Source: an uncultured Chloroflexia bacterium
GTDB taxonomy: Bacteria > Chloroflexota > Limnocylindria > Limnocylindrales > CSP1-4
Direction of reading: 5' to 3'
Assembly (NCBI GenBank): GCA_963713975.1
Contig: OY970218.1
Span: 64,001 to 128,000, forward strand
DNA: 64,000 nucleotides
The notes below the pieces were generated by a model. It was given only the letters and a program-made list of their open reading frames with translations, made no database searches and had not been told where the DNA came from. Shown here one piece after another: positions 47,657 through 56,826 of the stretch. Position 1 is the first letter of the stretch. Every line of letters starts with the position of its first letter. Both the position numbers and the translations under genes were made by a program.

Positions 47657-48907
47657 TCACAGCCCGACGCCGGCCTTCCCCATCCGCTGCGAGCGCCAGC
47701 GGCCGACCTCAGGATCCCTGCCGATCGAGGCGATCAACGCCGCCAGGAGGGTGGTCCGGGGCACGATCGAGGCGACCTCGAGGTACTCGCCGGGTGAATG
47801 GTCGAGACCGCCGATCGGTCCCAATCCGTCGAGGGTCGGGACCCCCATCGACGCCGTCGTGTTCGCGTCCGAGGCGCCACCGGTCGCGGCATCCCGGAGC
47901 TCGAACCCAAGCTGGGCGGCAAGTCCCACGGCGTGGTCGACGAGCCGTCCGGACCTTGCCAGCTTCTCCATCGGCAGGTGGCGCGCGCTCTCGGCCACGG
48001 TGACGGTGACGTCGGGCACAGTGCGGGGAATGAGGATCTCGCGGATGGCCGCCTCGACCTCCTCGAGTCCTCCCCGGGTCACCGCGCGCACGTCCACCTC
48101 CAGCGTGCATCGATCCGCGACCACGTTGGGCCGCGTCCCGCCTTCGATCACGCCCACGTTCACGGTCACGCCGGGCCAGCGCCCGTTGAGCCCGTGGAGG
48201 TCCGTGGTGATCCGCGCCGCCTCCACGATCGCGCTGCGCCCCTTCTCCGGCTCGACCCCGGCGTGGGCGGCGCGCCCACCGACGGTGATGGTCAGGTCGA
48301 GCGTGCCCTTGCGCGACGAGACGATGTCGCCGTTCTGCCGGGCGCACTCGAGCGAGAGGCAGGCATCGGCCTCCGCGGCCAGGCGGCGAATGTGCGGCGT
48401 CGACGCGGGCGACCCGATCTCCTCGTCCGGGTTGGCCACGAACAGGAGGCGCGCCAGCGGCACGCCGCCCAGCGCCTCGCGCAGGGCCGCGATCGCATAC
48501 AGCCCGCTGAGCAGGCCGCTCTTCATGTCCGTGACCCCGGGGCCGGTGGCGATGCCGCCCTGGATGGCAAACGGGCGCTCCGCGGCGGTCCCGGGGTCGA
48601 ACACGGTGTCCATGTGGCCGACGCACAGGAGCGTCGGCCCGGCGGGGTGGGATCCACGCAGCTCGCCGATCACGGTCACCCCGAGGTCCAGGTCGTTCTC
48701 GTGGCAGGTCACCCTGAAGCCGAGTGCCCGCAGGCGCTCCGCCGTCCAGCGGGCGACCGTGTCCACGCCTTGCCTGGTGTAGCTGCCGCAATCCGTGTTG
48801 ACGAGGCGCTCCAGGTCCGCGAGGAGGGTGGGGTAGGCGCGCTCGACACTCGCGCGAAGCGCGGCCAGCTCCTCGGTGTGGATCAGCGTCCTGGGATCGG
48901 GCGTCAT
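47657..48907 (-). CDS. M20-family metallopeptidase (glutamate carboxypeptidase-like)
   Basis: GHMDTV, GPGVTDMKSG, PDEEIGS, HAG..PEKG, GGASDAN, DHSPGEY. Confidence 0.92.
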   Translation of the reverse strand: MTPDPRTLIHTEELAALRASVERAYPTLLADLERLVNTDCGSYTRQGVDTVARWTAERLRALGFRVTCHENDLDLGVTVIGELRGSHPAGPTLLCVGHMDTVFDPGTAAERPFAIQGGIATGPGVTDMKSGLLSGLYAIAALREALGGVPLARLLFVANPDEEIGSPASTPHIRRLAAEADACLSLECARQNGDIVSSRKGTLDLTITVGGRAAHAGVEPEKGRSAIVEAARITTDLHGLNGRWPGVTVNVGVIEGGTRPNVVADRCTLEVDVRAVTRGGLEEVEAAIREILIPRTVPDVTVTVAESARHLPMEKLARSGRLVDHAVGLAAQLGFELRDAATGGASDANTTASMGVPTLDGLGPIGGLDHSPGEYLEVASIVPRTTLLAALIASIGRDPEVGRWRSQRMGKAGVGL

Positions 48908-48976
48908 GGGTTGAGTCTACGACCGGACGCCACCGGGCACCTGACCCTGTTCCGGCTCGCGTAGAGTTTCGGCACC

Positions 48977-50767
48977 GTGCGACTCATCGAGATCCGACTG
49001 CTCGAGGGACCCAACGTCTACCGGCTGCTGCCGGTGGTCAAGGTCGAGGCCGCCATCGGACGGACACGGGCCTGGAGCGGGTCCCGGACGCCGGATGGTG
49101 CGGCGCTGGTCCAACTCGCCAGGGTCGTTCCACCCCGCGCCTGGCCGGACGCGATCGCCGACCTCGTCGCATGGACGCGCCGGCTGCGGGCGGAGCACGG
49201 TGAGCACGGCGGGCCCGTCCATGTCCATCGGGCATCCGATGACGGGCGCTGGGTGGTCACCTGGCCGTGGGATGGCGCCGAACGGGCGCGAGCGATCGCA
49301 GAGGCGGCCGCGGACCTCGCGGCGCGCTCCGTCTCGCCTGGCCGAAGGGTCCGGCTGACCGGGACGCAGGCGCGGCGGGTCGAGATGTGGGCGACGCGGA
49401 TCGCCGAGGCGGGAGCCACGCCGCCATCATGGATCCGGGACCTGGACCGGCGGATGCCCGTCGTGTCGATCACCGGGACCAACGGCAAGTCCACGGTCAC
49501 GCGCCTGATCACGCACATCCTGCAGCTGGCCGGCCATCGCACCGGCGCGACGACCAGCGATGGGATCCTCGTGGACGAGCTCCTGGTGGATGCCGGCGAC
49601 TGGACGGGACCGGGCGGTGCAGCGGCGATCCTCGGGCGGACCGATGTGGACGTGGCTGTCCTGGAGACGGCCCGCGGCGGCATCATCCTGCGCGGCATGG
49701 GCTACGAGTCGAACGATGCCAGCGTGTTCACCAACGTTTCGGCCGACCACCTCGACCTCGGGGGCATCCACACGCTGCCGGAGCTGGCGGAGGTCAAGGC
49801 GACGGTCTGCCGGGTGACGAGGTCCGCCGGCACGGTGCTCCTCAATGCGGACGACCCCCTGGTCGCGGCCGTGGCGCGCAGGCTCCACTCGACGGTCGCG
49901 TACTTCTCGCTGGAGCCGGACACCTCCCCCCTCCTCGCCCGCCACCGGCGCGCCGGTGGTCGGGCCTGGGTCCTGCGTGGCGACCGGCTCCTCGAGTGGG
50001 ACGGCACCGACGAGCACGTGCTCCTCGACGTCGCGGACCTGCCCGTGGCGCTCGGTGGGCTTGCCCCGTACAACGTGGCGAACGCGCTGGCGGCGGCCGG
50101 GGGGGCGCGTGCGATGGGCGCCACCAGGGAGCAGGTGACCGAAGGGTTGCGCGACTTCCAGCCCTCGGCTGACCTCTCGCCAGGCCGGCTCAACCTGTTC
50201 CGCCTTGGCCACCGGACAGTGATCGTGGACTTCGCCCACAACGAGGCCGGCACCGAGGCGATCCTCGACGTCGCAGGCGCCATCGCGGCCGGTATGCCGG
50301 GGCCCGCAGCGGCCATGTCGAGACAGGCCGCGCCAGTCACGGCGATCATCGGCACCGCGGGCGATCGGCCAGACGACACCCTGCGCGGCATCGGGCGGAT
50401 CGCGGCGACCCACGCGCGGCGGGTCGCGATCAAGGAGACGCCCGGCTATCTCCGCGGGCGCAAGCGGTCGGAGATCGTGCAGCTGCTCCGCGAGGGTCTT
50501 GCGCTGGGCGGCCTCGATCCGGCCACGGTGCCCGTGTACGGCGGCGAAGCCGAGGCCCTCGTGGAGGAGCTGGCCGGGTCGGGGGCGATTGCGGCAGCCG
50601 GGGGCGGACCGCTGGACGGCCCGCGCGTGGTGGTCCTGTTCTGCCACGCGGAGCGCGACGAGGTCTTCGCGCTTCTCGATCGTCTCGGGGCGAGGGGGAT
50701 GGACGTGACGACCGAGCTGCGCGACACGGCCCGACGGTTCCGGGACGAGGCACACAATTCGGCGTAG
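48977..50767 (+). CDS. Cyanophycin-synthetase-like protein with N and Mur-ligase (M) domains but no ATP-grasp domain
   Basis: IRLLEGPNVY (cf. CphA TRVLRGANYW), then directly ITGTNGKST, LETARGGI, TNVSADHL, LNADD, PGRLN, DFAHN, GDRPD. Confidence 0.85.
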   Translation: MRLIEIRLLEGPNVYRLLPVVKVEAAIGRTRAWSGSRTPDGAALVQLARVVPPRAWPDAIADLVAWTRRLRAEHGEHGGPVHVHRASDDGRWVVTWPWDGAERARAIAEAAADLAARSVSPGRRVRLTGTQARRVEMWATRIAEAGATPPSWIRDLDRRMPVVSITGTNGKSTVTRLITHILQLAGHRTGATTSDGILVDELLVDAGDWTGPGGAAAILGRTDVDVAVLETARGGIILRGMGYESNDASVFTNVSADHLDLGGIHTLPELAEVKATVCRVTRSAGTVLLNADDPLVAAVARRLHSTVAYFSLEPDTSPLLARHRRAGGRAWVLRGDRLLEWDGTDEHVLLDVADLPVALGGLAPYNVANALAAAGGARAMGATREQVTEGLRDFQPSADLSPGRLNLFRLGHRTVIVDFAHNEAGTEAILDVAGAIAAGMPGPAAAMSRQAAPVTAIIGTAGDRPDDTLRGIGRIAATHARRVAIKETPGYLRGRKRSEIVQLLREGLALGGLDPATVPVYGGEAEALVEELAGSGAIAAAGGGPLDGPRVVVLFCHAERDEVFALLDRLGARGMDVTTELRDTARRFRDEAHNSA

Positions 50768-50803
50768 GCGCCCGATCTGGACTCGGGGAGCCGCGGCCCT
50801 CGG

Positions 50804-51865
50804 CTACCGGACGAGGAGCTCCTCCGCGAGTGCCGCGGCAGGTCCGGCGCGGTTGGACCGGTTGGCCAGCACCGCGAGACGGAGCCCGGCCTCCGGGTAC
50901 CAGCGGACGTGGGCCACGTAGCCCGGATCGCCGCCGGGGTGCCCCACCCACCGCCGGGCCCCCTCGCCGTGGACCCACCAGCCGAGGCCGTACCGTGTCT
51001 CCTCCCGGTCGTCGCGGACGCGCACCCGGAGCATCTCGTCCCGCCACACGGGCCCCACCAGGCGTCCATCGCGGAAGGCATCCAGGAAGCGCACGAGGTC
51101 CGCGGCGGTCGAGAATGCCCCGCCATCCGGCTGGCCCCGGGCCGGGATCGCGTACAGGTTGCTGCGCCAGGCCCCGCCCGGATCCTCGTCGGCCGGCGCC
51201 AGGTAGCCGATCGCCACGTCCGGGATCACGTCGTCCTGACACGGGTATCCGGTCGCCGTCATCCCCGCGGGCTCGAGCACGGCCTCCTCAACGGCCTCGT
51301 AGAAGCCCTTGCCCGCCAGGGCCTCGACGACCAGGCCCGCCAGCACGAAGCCGGCGTTGCAGTAGCGGACGTCGGCACCCGGCTTGGCGAGGGCTTGGAG
51401 ATCGGCGAACAGTGGCAGCAGGTCCCGTGGTGACCGGGTCGCGGCGGGGTTGGCCCGCAGCCAGACATCCTCGTACGGCTCGTCGCCGTACTCGTCGCAG
51501 TAGTCGGCGATCCCGGAGCTGTGGGTGAGCAGGTGCTCGAGGGTGACAACGGGATCCAGGCCCCGCGGCCGCAGGCCGGCATCGAGCACGTCCACGACCC
51601 GTGTGTCCGGCGCGGCCAGACCCCGCTCGAAGAGCCTGGCGAGCGTGACGGCGGTGAACAGCTTGGACGCCGATGCGGTCCCGAACCGCGAGGCCGCCGT
51701 GATCGGTCGCCCGCTGGCCCTGTCCGCGATCCCCTGGGCGACCTCGGCCAGGACGCCATCCGGACCGACGGCCAGGACGACGCCGCTGAAGTCGATGGCC
51801 GCCAGGGCCGTCGCCAGCTCCTCGCCCCGCGGTCCGGCGGCCGGGCCGGGACCAAGCCCGGTCAT
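50804..51865 (-). CDS. Serine hydrolase, beta-lactamase/D-peptidase family
   Basis: SASK (SxxK), LLTHSSG, YCN (YxN), HPGGDPG; ATGA overlap with the cphA stop; no signal peptide. Confidence 0.88.
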   Translation of the reverse strand: MTGLGPGPAAGPRGEELATALAAIDFSGVVLAVGPDGVLAEVAQGIADRASGRPITAASRFGTASASKLFTAVTLARLFERGLAAPDTRVVDVLDAGLRPRGLDPVVTLEHLLTHSSGIADYCDEYGDEPYEDVWLRANPAATRSPRDLLPLFADLQALAKPGADVRYCNAGFVLAGLVVEALAGKGFYEAVEEAVLEPAGMTATGYPCQDDVIPDVAIGYLAPADEDPGGAWRSNLYAIPARGQPDGGAFSTAADLVRFLDAFRDGRLVGPVWRDEMLRVRVRDDREETRYGLGWWVHGEGARRWVGHPGGDPGYVAHVRWYPEAGLRLAVLANRSNRAGPAAALAEELLVR

Positions 51866-54771
51866 CCCTCCGGCGCCTCCAGCTCGCCCGGGTCCGCGAA
51901 GGCGGTCGTGCCCTGGGCGCGCCCGGCAAGCGCCATCGCCTGGCGGTACACGTCGACCGCGTCATCGGCACACACCACCACGAGATCGCCCGGGGAGGCG
52001 CGGCGCAGGGCTGTCCTGACGGCGTGCTGCTCGTCGAGGACCTTGTCGACCTTGACCGCCCGGGCCTCGGGTTCGCCGCGTGTGGCACGGATCCCGGCGA
52101 CCACGTTGGCCGCTGTCTCGCCGGGCTTCCTTCCGCGCAGGTTGCGGTCCTCGCGGATCACGATCTCGTCGAACGCGGTGGCGGCCAGGGCGCCGTAGGC
52201 ACGCTGGTCCTCGTCCCGCCGGTCGCCGGGGATCCCGATGACCCCGATCGCGCGTCCGGTCCGGGGCTGGGCCGCGGCCGCGCCGTGCGCGCCGGTGCGG
52301 ACCTGCGGATCGATCATCATGCGGTTCACGAAGTCCGCCAGCTGGCGCATGCCGTCCACGTTGTGGCAGTAGTCGATGACGACGCGCGTCCCGGCGACCT
52401 CGACGAGGTTGAGCCGGCCCGGCGCCTGGAAGAACGACGTGGTGAAGGTCCGCATGCCCTGGCGGATGTCATGGAGGTGCGCGCCCATGGACCACGCGGC
52501 GGCAGCGGCGGCCAGCGTGTTGGCGACGTTCATCCGCGCCCGGCCGCCGAACGTGGCCGGCACCAGGTGCGTGTACAGGACCGGCATCTTGCGCGGCCCG
52601 TGCTTGAGGACGATGAGCTCGCCCTGGGGCGTGTCCTCGAGGCAGAACGCCGCGTTGCCGCGGTTGGTGTGCCCGTCGATCCGGTCGAAGCCGTCCTCGC
52701 CTTTGTGCTTGGCCGTCGAGAACAGGACGACGCGTCCGGCGCAGTGGCGGCCCATCCGGTAGACGTGGTTGTCGTCGGCGTTGAGGACGGCCGTGCCGGA
52801 ACGCGGGACCGCCTCGACCACCACGCCCTTGACCCCCGCCAGCTGGCCCAGTGTGTCGATGCCCCCGAGACCCAGGTGGTCCCCGGTGACGTTGGTGACA
52901 ACCGCGACGTCGTTGCGGTCGTAGCCCAGGCCCTCGCGCAGGATGCCGCCGCGCGCCACCTCGAACACGGCCGTGTCCACCGTCGGGTTCTGGAGGACCA
53001 TCTGGGCGGACCGAGGACCGCTCATGTCGCCCTTCCTGATGAGGCGTCCGTCGATCACGATGCCGTCGGTGGACGTCATCCCGACCCGGCGGCCCATCAG
53101 CTTGAGGACGTGGGCGATCATCCGCACCGTGGTGGTCTTGCCGTTGGTGCCGGTCACCGCGAGGATCGGGATGCGGGCAGGGGCGCCTGGCGGGAACAGC
53201 AGGTCGATCACCGGCCGCGCGACGTACTGGGGCTCGCCCTCGGTGGGGTGGGTGTGCATCCGGAAGCCGGGCGCGGCGTTGACCTCGACGATGCCCCCGC
53301 CGGTCTCGCGCACAGGCTCCTCGATGTCCGGGCAGATGAAGTCGATGCCGGCGATGTCGAGGCCGACCACGCGGGCCGCCGTCTCGGCGATCTCCACGTT
53401 GTCGGGGTGGGCCTCCATCGTCCGGTCGATGGAGGTGCCGCCGGTGCTCATGTTGCCGGTCAATGCGACCTTGACGAAGGCCCCGGCCGCCGGGACGTCG
53501 TCCGGCGCGAAGCCCTGCCCGGCGAGGACCTCGATCGCGTTGTCGTCCAGCTTGATCCGGGTGAGGACCTTCTCGTGGCCGATGCCGCGGCGCGGATCCT
53601 GGTTGGTGAGCTCCACCAGCTGGCGGATGGTCTGCACGCCGTCGCCGGTCACGCTCGCCGGGACGCGTTCGGCAACGGCCGCCAGCTTCCCGCCGATGAC
53701 CAGGCAGCGGTAGTCCCGTCCGGTGATGTAGCTCTCCACGAGCACGTCGCGCGACCGGCTCTGGCGGTAGGCCTCGGGGAAGGCGGCGCGAACGGCGGCC
53801 TCGTCGGCCAGCCCCAGCGCCACGCCGCGGCCGTGGTTGCCGTCGAGCGGCTTGAGCACGCACGGGTAGCCCATCCGGCGCGCGACCGCCACCGCCTCGT
53901 CCTCGGTGGTCACGACCTCGGAGCGCGGGACCGGGAGCCCGGCGGAGTCGAGCAGGCGGTTGGTCAGCTTCTTGTCGGACGCGATGTCCACGGCGATGCC
54001 GCCGGTCCGGCTGGTCATGGTGGCCCGGATGCGCTGCTGGTGGACGCCCTGGCCAAGCTGGACCAGGCTGTAGCGGTCCAGGCGCATGAACGGGATGTCG
54101 CGCACGGCCGCCTCGTCCAGGAGCGCCTGCGTGGACGGACCGAAGGCGAGCCGCTCGGCAACATGGATGAGACCCTCGAGCTCGGTCCCGAGGTCGAACG
54201 CGTGCTCGGGGTCGTCCGGCGCCACGAGGTGGTTGACGAGCGCGACGGCCATCTTCCCGGCCTCGATCCCGACCTGCTCCTCGCGGTATTCGAAGATGAC
54301 GTTGTAGCGACCGTAGTCGCCCGTGCCGCGCGTCTTGCCGTGCCGGACGGGCGTCCCGGCGAGGTTCTGGAGCTCCAGGGCTAGATGCTCGGCCACGTGG
54401 CCCGCCCATGTCCCGTCGCGGAGCCTGGTGATGAACCCACCGCGCCGGCCCAGCGAGCAGGCGTGGTCCTCCAGTGACGGCAGCAACTCCACCAGGGCGT
54501 CCACGAACCCAGGAATCGTGCTGCTCGGGAACTCCTCCAGCACGCCGAGATCCACGACCTGGCGGATCACGGGCTCCTTCGCCCAGTAGTTGGCGCCCCG
54601 CAGGACGCGCGTCTCGAGGATGCGCAGGGTTGGTTCGGGGTGCTTACCGTCCGGCGCGGGTGCGGCTGCCGCGGCGGCGGCCTCTTCCGCGGGGGCCGCC
54701 TGGCCGCCGGCCTCGGCCTTCGCCACCTTCTTCCTCGACCGCTTCGGGGATGCCGGATCCGCCTGGGCCAC
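51862..54771 (-). CDS. cphA: Cyanophycin synthetase CphA1
   Basis: N domain with Cx19HxxEH; ATP-grasp (FGPST, KPLDGNHGRGV, EVNAAPGFRMH); M domain (VTGTNGKTT, EVARGG, IDYCHN); RBS before GTG 54771. Confidence 0.96.
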   Translation of the reverse strand: MAQADPASPKRSRKKVAKAEAGGQAAPAEEAAAAAAAPAPDGKHPEPTLRILETRVLRGANYWAKEPVIRQVVDLGVLEEFPSSTIPGFVDALVELLPSLEDHACSLGRRGGFITRLRDGTWAGHVAEHLALELQNLAGTPVRHGKTRGTGDYGRYNVIFEYREEQVGIEAGKMAVALVNHLVAPDDPEHAFDLGTELEGLIHVAERLAFGPSTQALLDEAAVRDIPFMRLDRYSLVQLGQGVHQQRIRATMTSRTGGIAVDIASDKKLTNRLLDSAGLPVPRSEVVTTEDEAVAVARRMGYPCVLKPLDGNHGRGVALGLADEAAVRAAFPEAYRQSRSRDVLVESYITGRDYRCLVIGGKLAAVAERVPASVTGDGVQTIRQLVELTNQDPRRGIGHEKVLTRIKLDDNAIEVLAGQGFAPDDVPAAGAFVKVALTGNMSTGGTSIDRTMEAHPDNVEIAETAARVVGLDIAGIDFICPDIEEPVRETGGGIVEVNAAPGFRMHTHPTEGEPQYVARPVIDLLFPPGAPARIPILAVTGTNGKTTTVRMIAHVLKLMGRRVGMTSTDGIVIDGRLIRKGDMSGPRSAQMVLQNPTVDTAVFEVARGGILREGLGYDRNDVAVVTNVTGDHLGLGGIDTLGQLAGVKGVVVEAVPRSGTAVLNADDNHVYRMGRHCAGRVVLFSTAKHKGEDGFDRIDGHTNRGNAAFCLEDTPQGELIVLKHGPRKMPVLYTHLVPATFGGRARMNVANTLAAAAAAWSMGAHLHDIRQGMRTFTTSFFQAPGRLNLVEVAGTRVVIDYCHNVDGMRQLADFVNRMMIDPQVRTGAHGAAAAQPRTGRAIGVIGIPGDRRDEDQRAYGALAATAFDEIVIREDRNLRGRKPGETAANVVAGIRATRGEPEARAVKVDKVLDEQHAVRTALRRASPGDLVVVCADDAVDVYRQAMALAGRAQGTTAFADPGELEAPEG

Positions 54772-54899
54772 CTGGTCCCTCCTCGCGTGCGTGGGACCGC
54801 GAGTGTACGCGCTGGGTGGCGTCACGGTTGGAGTGCCGCCCGGCGGGGCCACGACCGCCAAGGAGGACCTCGCCCCTCGGTGATTCGAGACGGCCCCGG

Positions 54900-55733
54900 C
54901 TAGCTCGAGGCGAGCTCGTCGGGGAGCACCTGCAGGTTCGGTGCCACCACCCGGGTCCGTCGGCGGAGGTCGAACCGGTAGCCGGCCGGCAGGCTGTGGA
55001 GCACCACGCCGCTGATCATCAACGGGCGATGGCCCCGGATCTCCCAGGCATCGGTCTCGGAGGCGGCACCATCCACCACGGTGATGGATCCGCGGCCGAT
55101 GACCTCCATGACCTGGTCCGGGCCGACGACGCCCGCGGTGTCCTCGTCCACGCCCAGGCCTAGCAGCGCCGGGTTTTGGGCGATGAGGCTGAGGAGCCGG
55201 CCGAGGCGGTTCCGCTGCTGGAAGTGCTGGTCCACGATGACGCCGGGCAGCAGCCCCAGGCCCGCGGCGATCTGCGCCATCCGGTGCTTGGGCGTGGCGC
55301 CGGACGCCCCGAACGCGATCATGTGCGACGACACCGCGCTCGCACCGGCCGATGTCCCGGCGACCACGGCCCCCGCCGCGAAGCGCTCCGAGATCGCGCT
55401 GGCCATCCGGGTGCCGGCGATCATCGACGACAGGCGCAGCTGGTTGCCGCCGGTCATGAAGATGCCGCTGGCGTCAGCCACGATGCGGGCGGCATGCTCG
55501 TCGTTCGCCTGCATCCGCGTGGTGGCGTTGAGGGGGATCACCTCCGCGGCGCCGAGCTCCGTGAACACGGTCCGGTACCGCTCGCCGGCCTCAGTGCCGA
55601 AGGAGCTGGCGGTGGCGATGACCGCGATCCGCGCTTCGGGACCACCCGCGAGCGCGACGAAACGGCCGAGGATGACCCGGTCACGGACCTTGTCCTCCGC
55701 CCCGCCGATAACGATCACGGTCCCCTGCGGCAT
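54900..55733 (-). CDS. cphB: Cyanophycinase
   Basis: IGGAEDK, FMTGGNQLRL, AGTSAGA, VDQHFQQRNRLGRL, GVDEDT. Confidence 0.95.
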   Translation of the reverse strand: MPQGTVIVIGGAEDKVRDRVILGRFVALAGGPEARIAVIATASSFGTEAGERYRTVFTELGAAEVIPLNATTRMQANDEHAARIVADASGIFMTGGNQLRLSSMIAGTRMASAISERFAAGAVVAGTSAGASAVSSHMIAFGASGATPKHRMAQIAAGLGLLPGVIVDQHFQQRNRLGRLLSLIAQNPALLGLGVDEDTAGVVGPDQVMEVIGRGSITVVDGAASETDAWEIRGHRPLMISGVVLHSLPAGYRFDLRRRTRVVAPNLQVLPDELASS

Positions 55734-55824
55734 GGTCACGGGAGTCTAGCAGCGTGCAGGGGACGGCCCGGATCGCTGTGCGGCCCGGATCGCACACGCG
55801 GAGACCGACGGCAGGCGAGAATGC

Positions 55825-56820
55825 ATGCTCATGAGCGCCCGGGCCACCCACGTGCGGCGGCCGGCCCGCCGGGCCGGCGTCATCCGGCGCGCCCTGCGCA
55901 GGGAGGCGACGCGCCTCGGCGAGCCCCGGCGGATCGCCGCCATGGTCATCCTCGTCATCCCGCTCGCCTTGACGCTGGCCGGGATGGCGGCGCGCGGCGG
56001 GACGGCAGGCGCGGATGCCCAGGCCTACTGGGCGGCCGTGCGACTCTGGCTCGAGGGCGGCAACCCTTACCACCCCACCGGCCCGTTCCTGCCCTACGTC
56101 TACGCGCCGTGGATGCTCCCACTGTTCGCGCCGTGGGCGCTGCTCCCCTGGGATGTCGCGTGGTTCGCGTGGCGGGGCGGCACCATCCTGCTGCTCCTGT
56201 GGTCGATCCGATGGGCGTACTCGCGACGACCGCTGCCCACGGCGATCCTGGTGCTCCTGCTGGCGTTTCCGATGGCCGCGAACCTCGACACCGGGAACAT
56301 CAACCTGCTCCTGGCACTGGCGCTCTTCGGCGCGCACTTCACGGGGCCGCGCCTCGGCGGTCTCATCTGGGGTCTCGCGACCTGGATGAAGTGGGTGCCG
56401 GCGCCACTTTGGCTGGTCCTTCCTCCCAAGGCCCGCCGGTGGGGGCTCGTGTTCCTCGCCCTGTCCGGCCTGCTCTCGTTGCTGATGCTGCCGCTCACGA
56501 TCGTCCAGCTCCAGGCCCTGTTCGGGTTCGGCGAACGTCCGTTCCGCGCGGACTACCTCGTGTTCATCTGGTCTGCCGTCCCGTGGTGGTGGCGGCTTCG
56601 CGATCCGTTCGCCTTCCTGCGGCTCTCGGCGTGGATCCTTGCGGCGAGGACCATGGCTGCACAGTCGCGCCGATGGGGCCGTGCGCTGCGGACCGAACCG
56701 CGTGCCACGCTGCGGACAGCGCGCATCTCCCTATGGGCGTGGGGCCGCAGCTACCTTGGCCTGGACGGTGACTCCGGACAGGAGACCACGACCCACGCGG
56801 TGGCCGAGATCGGCGACTGA
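55825..56820 (+). CDS. GT87/DUF2029-like polyprenol-sugar-dependent membrane glycosyltransferase
   Basis: DAQAYW, NPY, YVYAP, GNINLL, WMK..P, multiple TM segments. Confidence 0.75.
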   Translation: MLMSARATHVRRPARRAGVIRRALRREATRLGEPRRIAAMVILVIPLALTLAGMAARGGTAGADAQAYWAAVRLWLEGGNPYHPTGPFLPYVYAPWMLPLFAPWALLPWDVAWFAWRGGTILLLLWSIRWAYSRRPLPTAILVLLLAFPMAANLDTGNINLLLALALFGAHFTGPRLGGLIWGLATWMKWVPAPLWLVLPPKARRWGLVFLALSGLLSLLMLPLTIVQLQALFGFGERPFRADYLVFIWSAVPWWWRLRDPFAFLRLSAWILAARTMAAQSRRWGRALRTEPRATLRTARISLWAWGRSYLGLDGDSGQETTTHAVAEIGD

Positions 56821-56826
56821 CCTGCA

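Noticed and set aside
50804-51865. Beta-lactamase resistance gene
   Set aside because: SxxK/YxN fold only; no signal peptide or KTG motif, so a generic cytoplasmic serine hydrolase is more likely
55822-55835. TGCAT-GCTC-ATGAG as a possible ARG box upstream of cphB
   Set aside because: Only one good half-site, no tandem box, and it coincides with the GT87 start region
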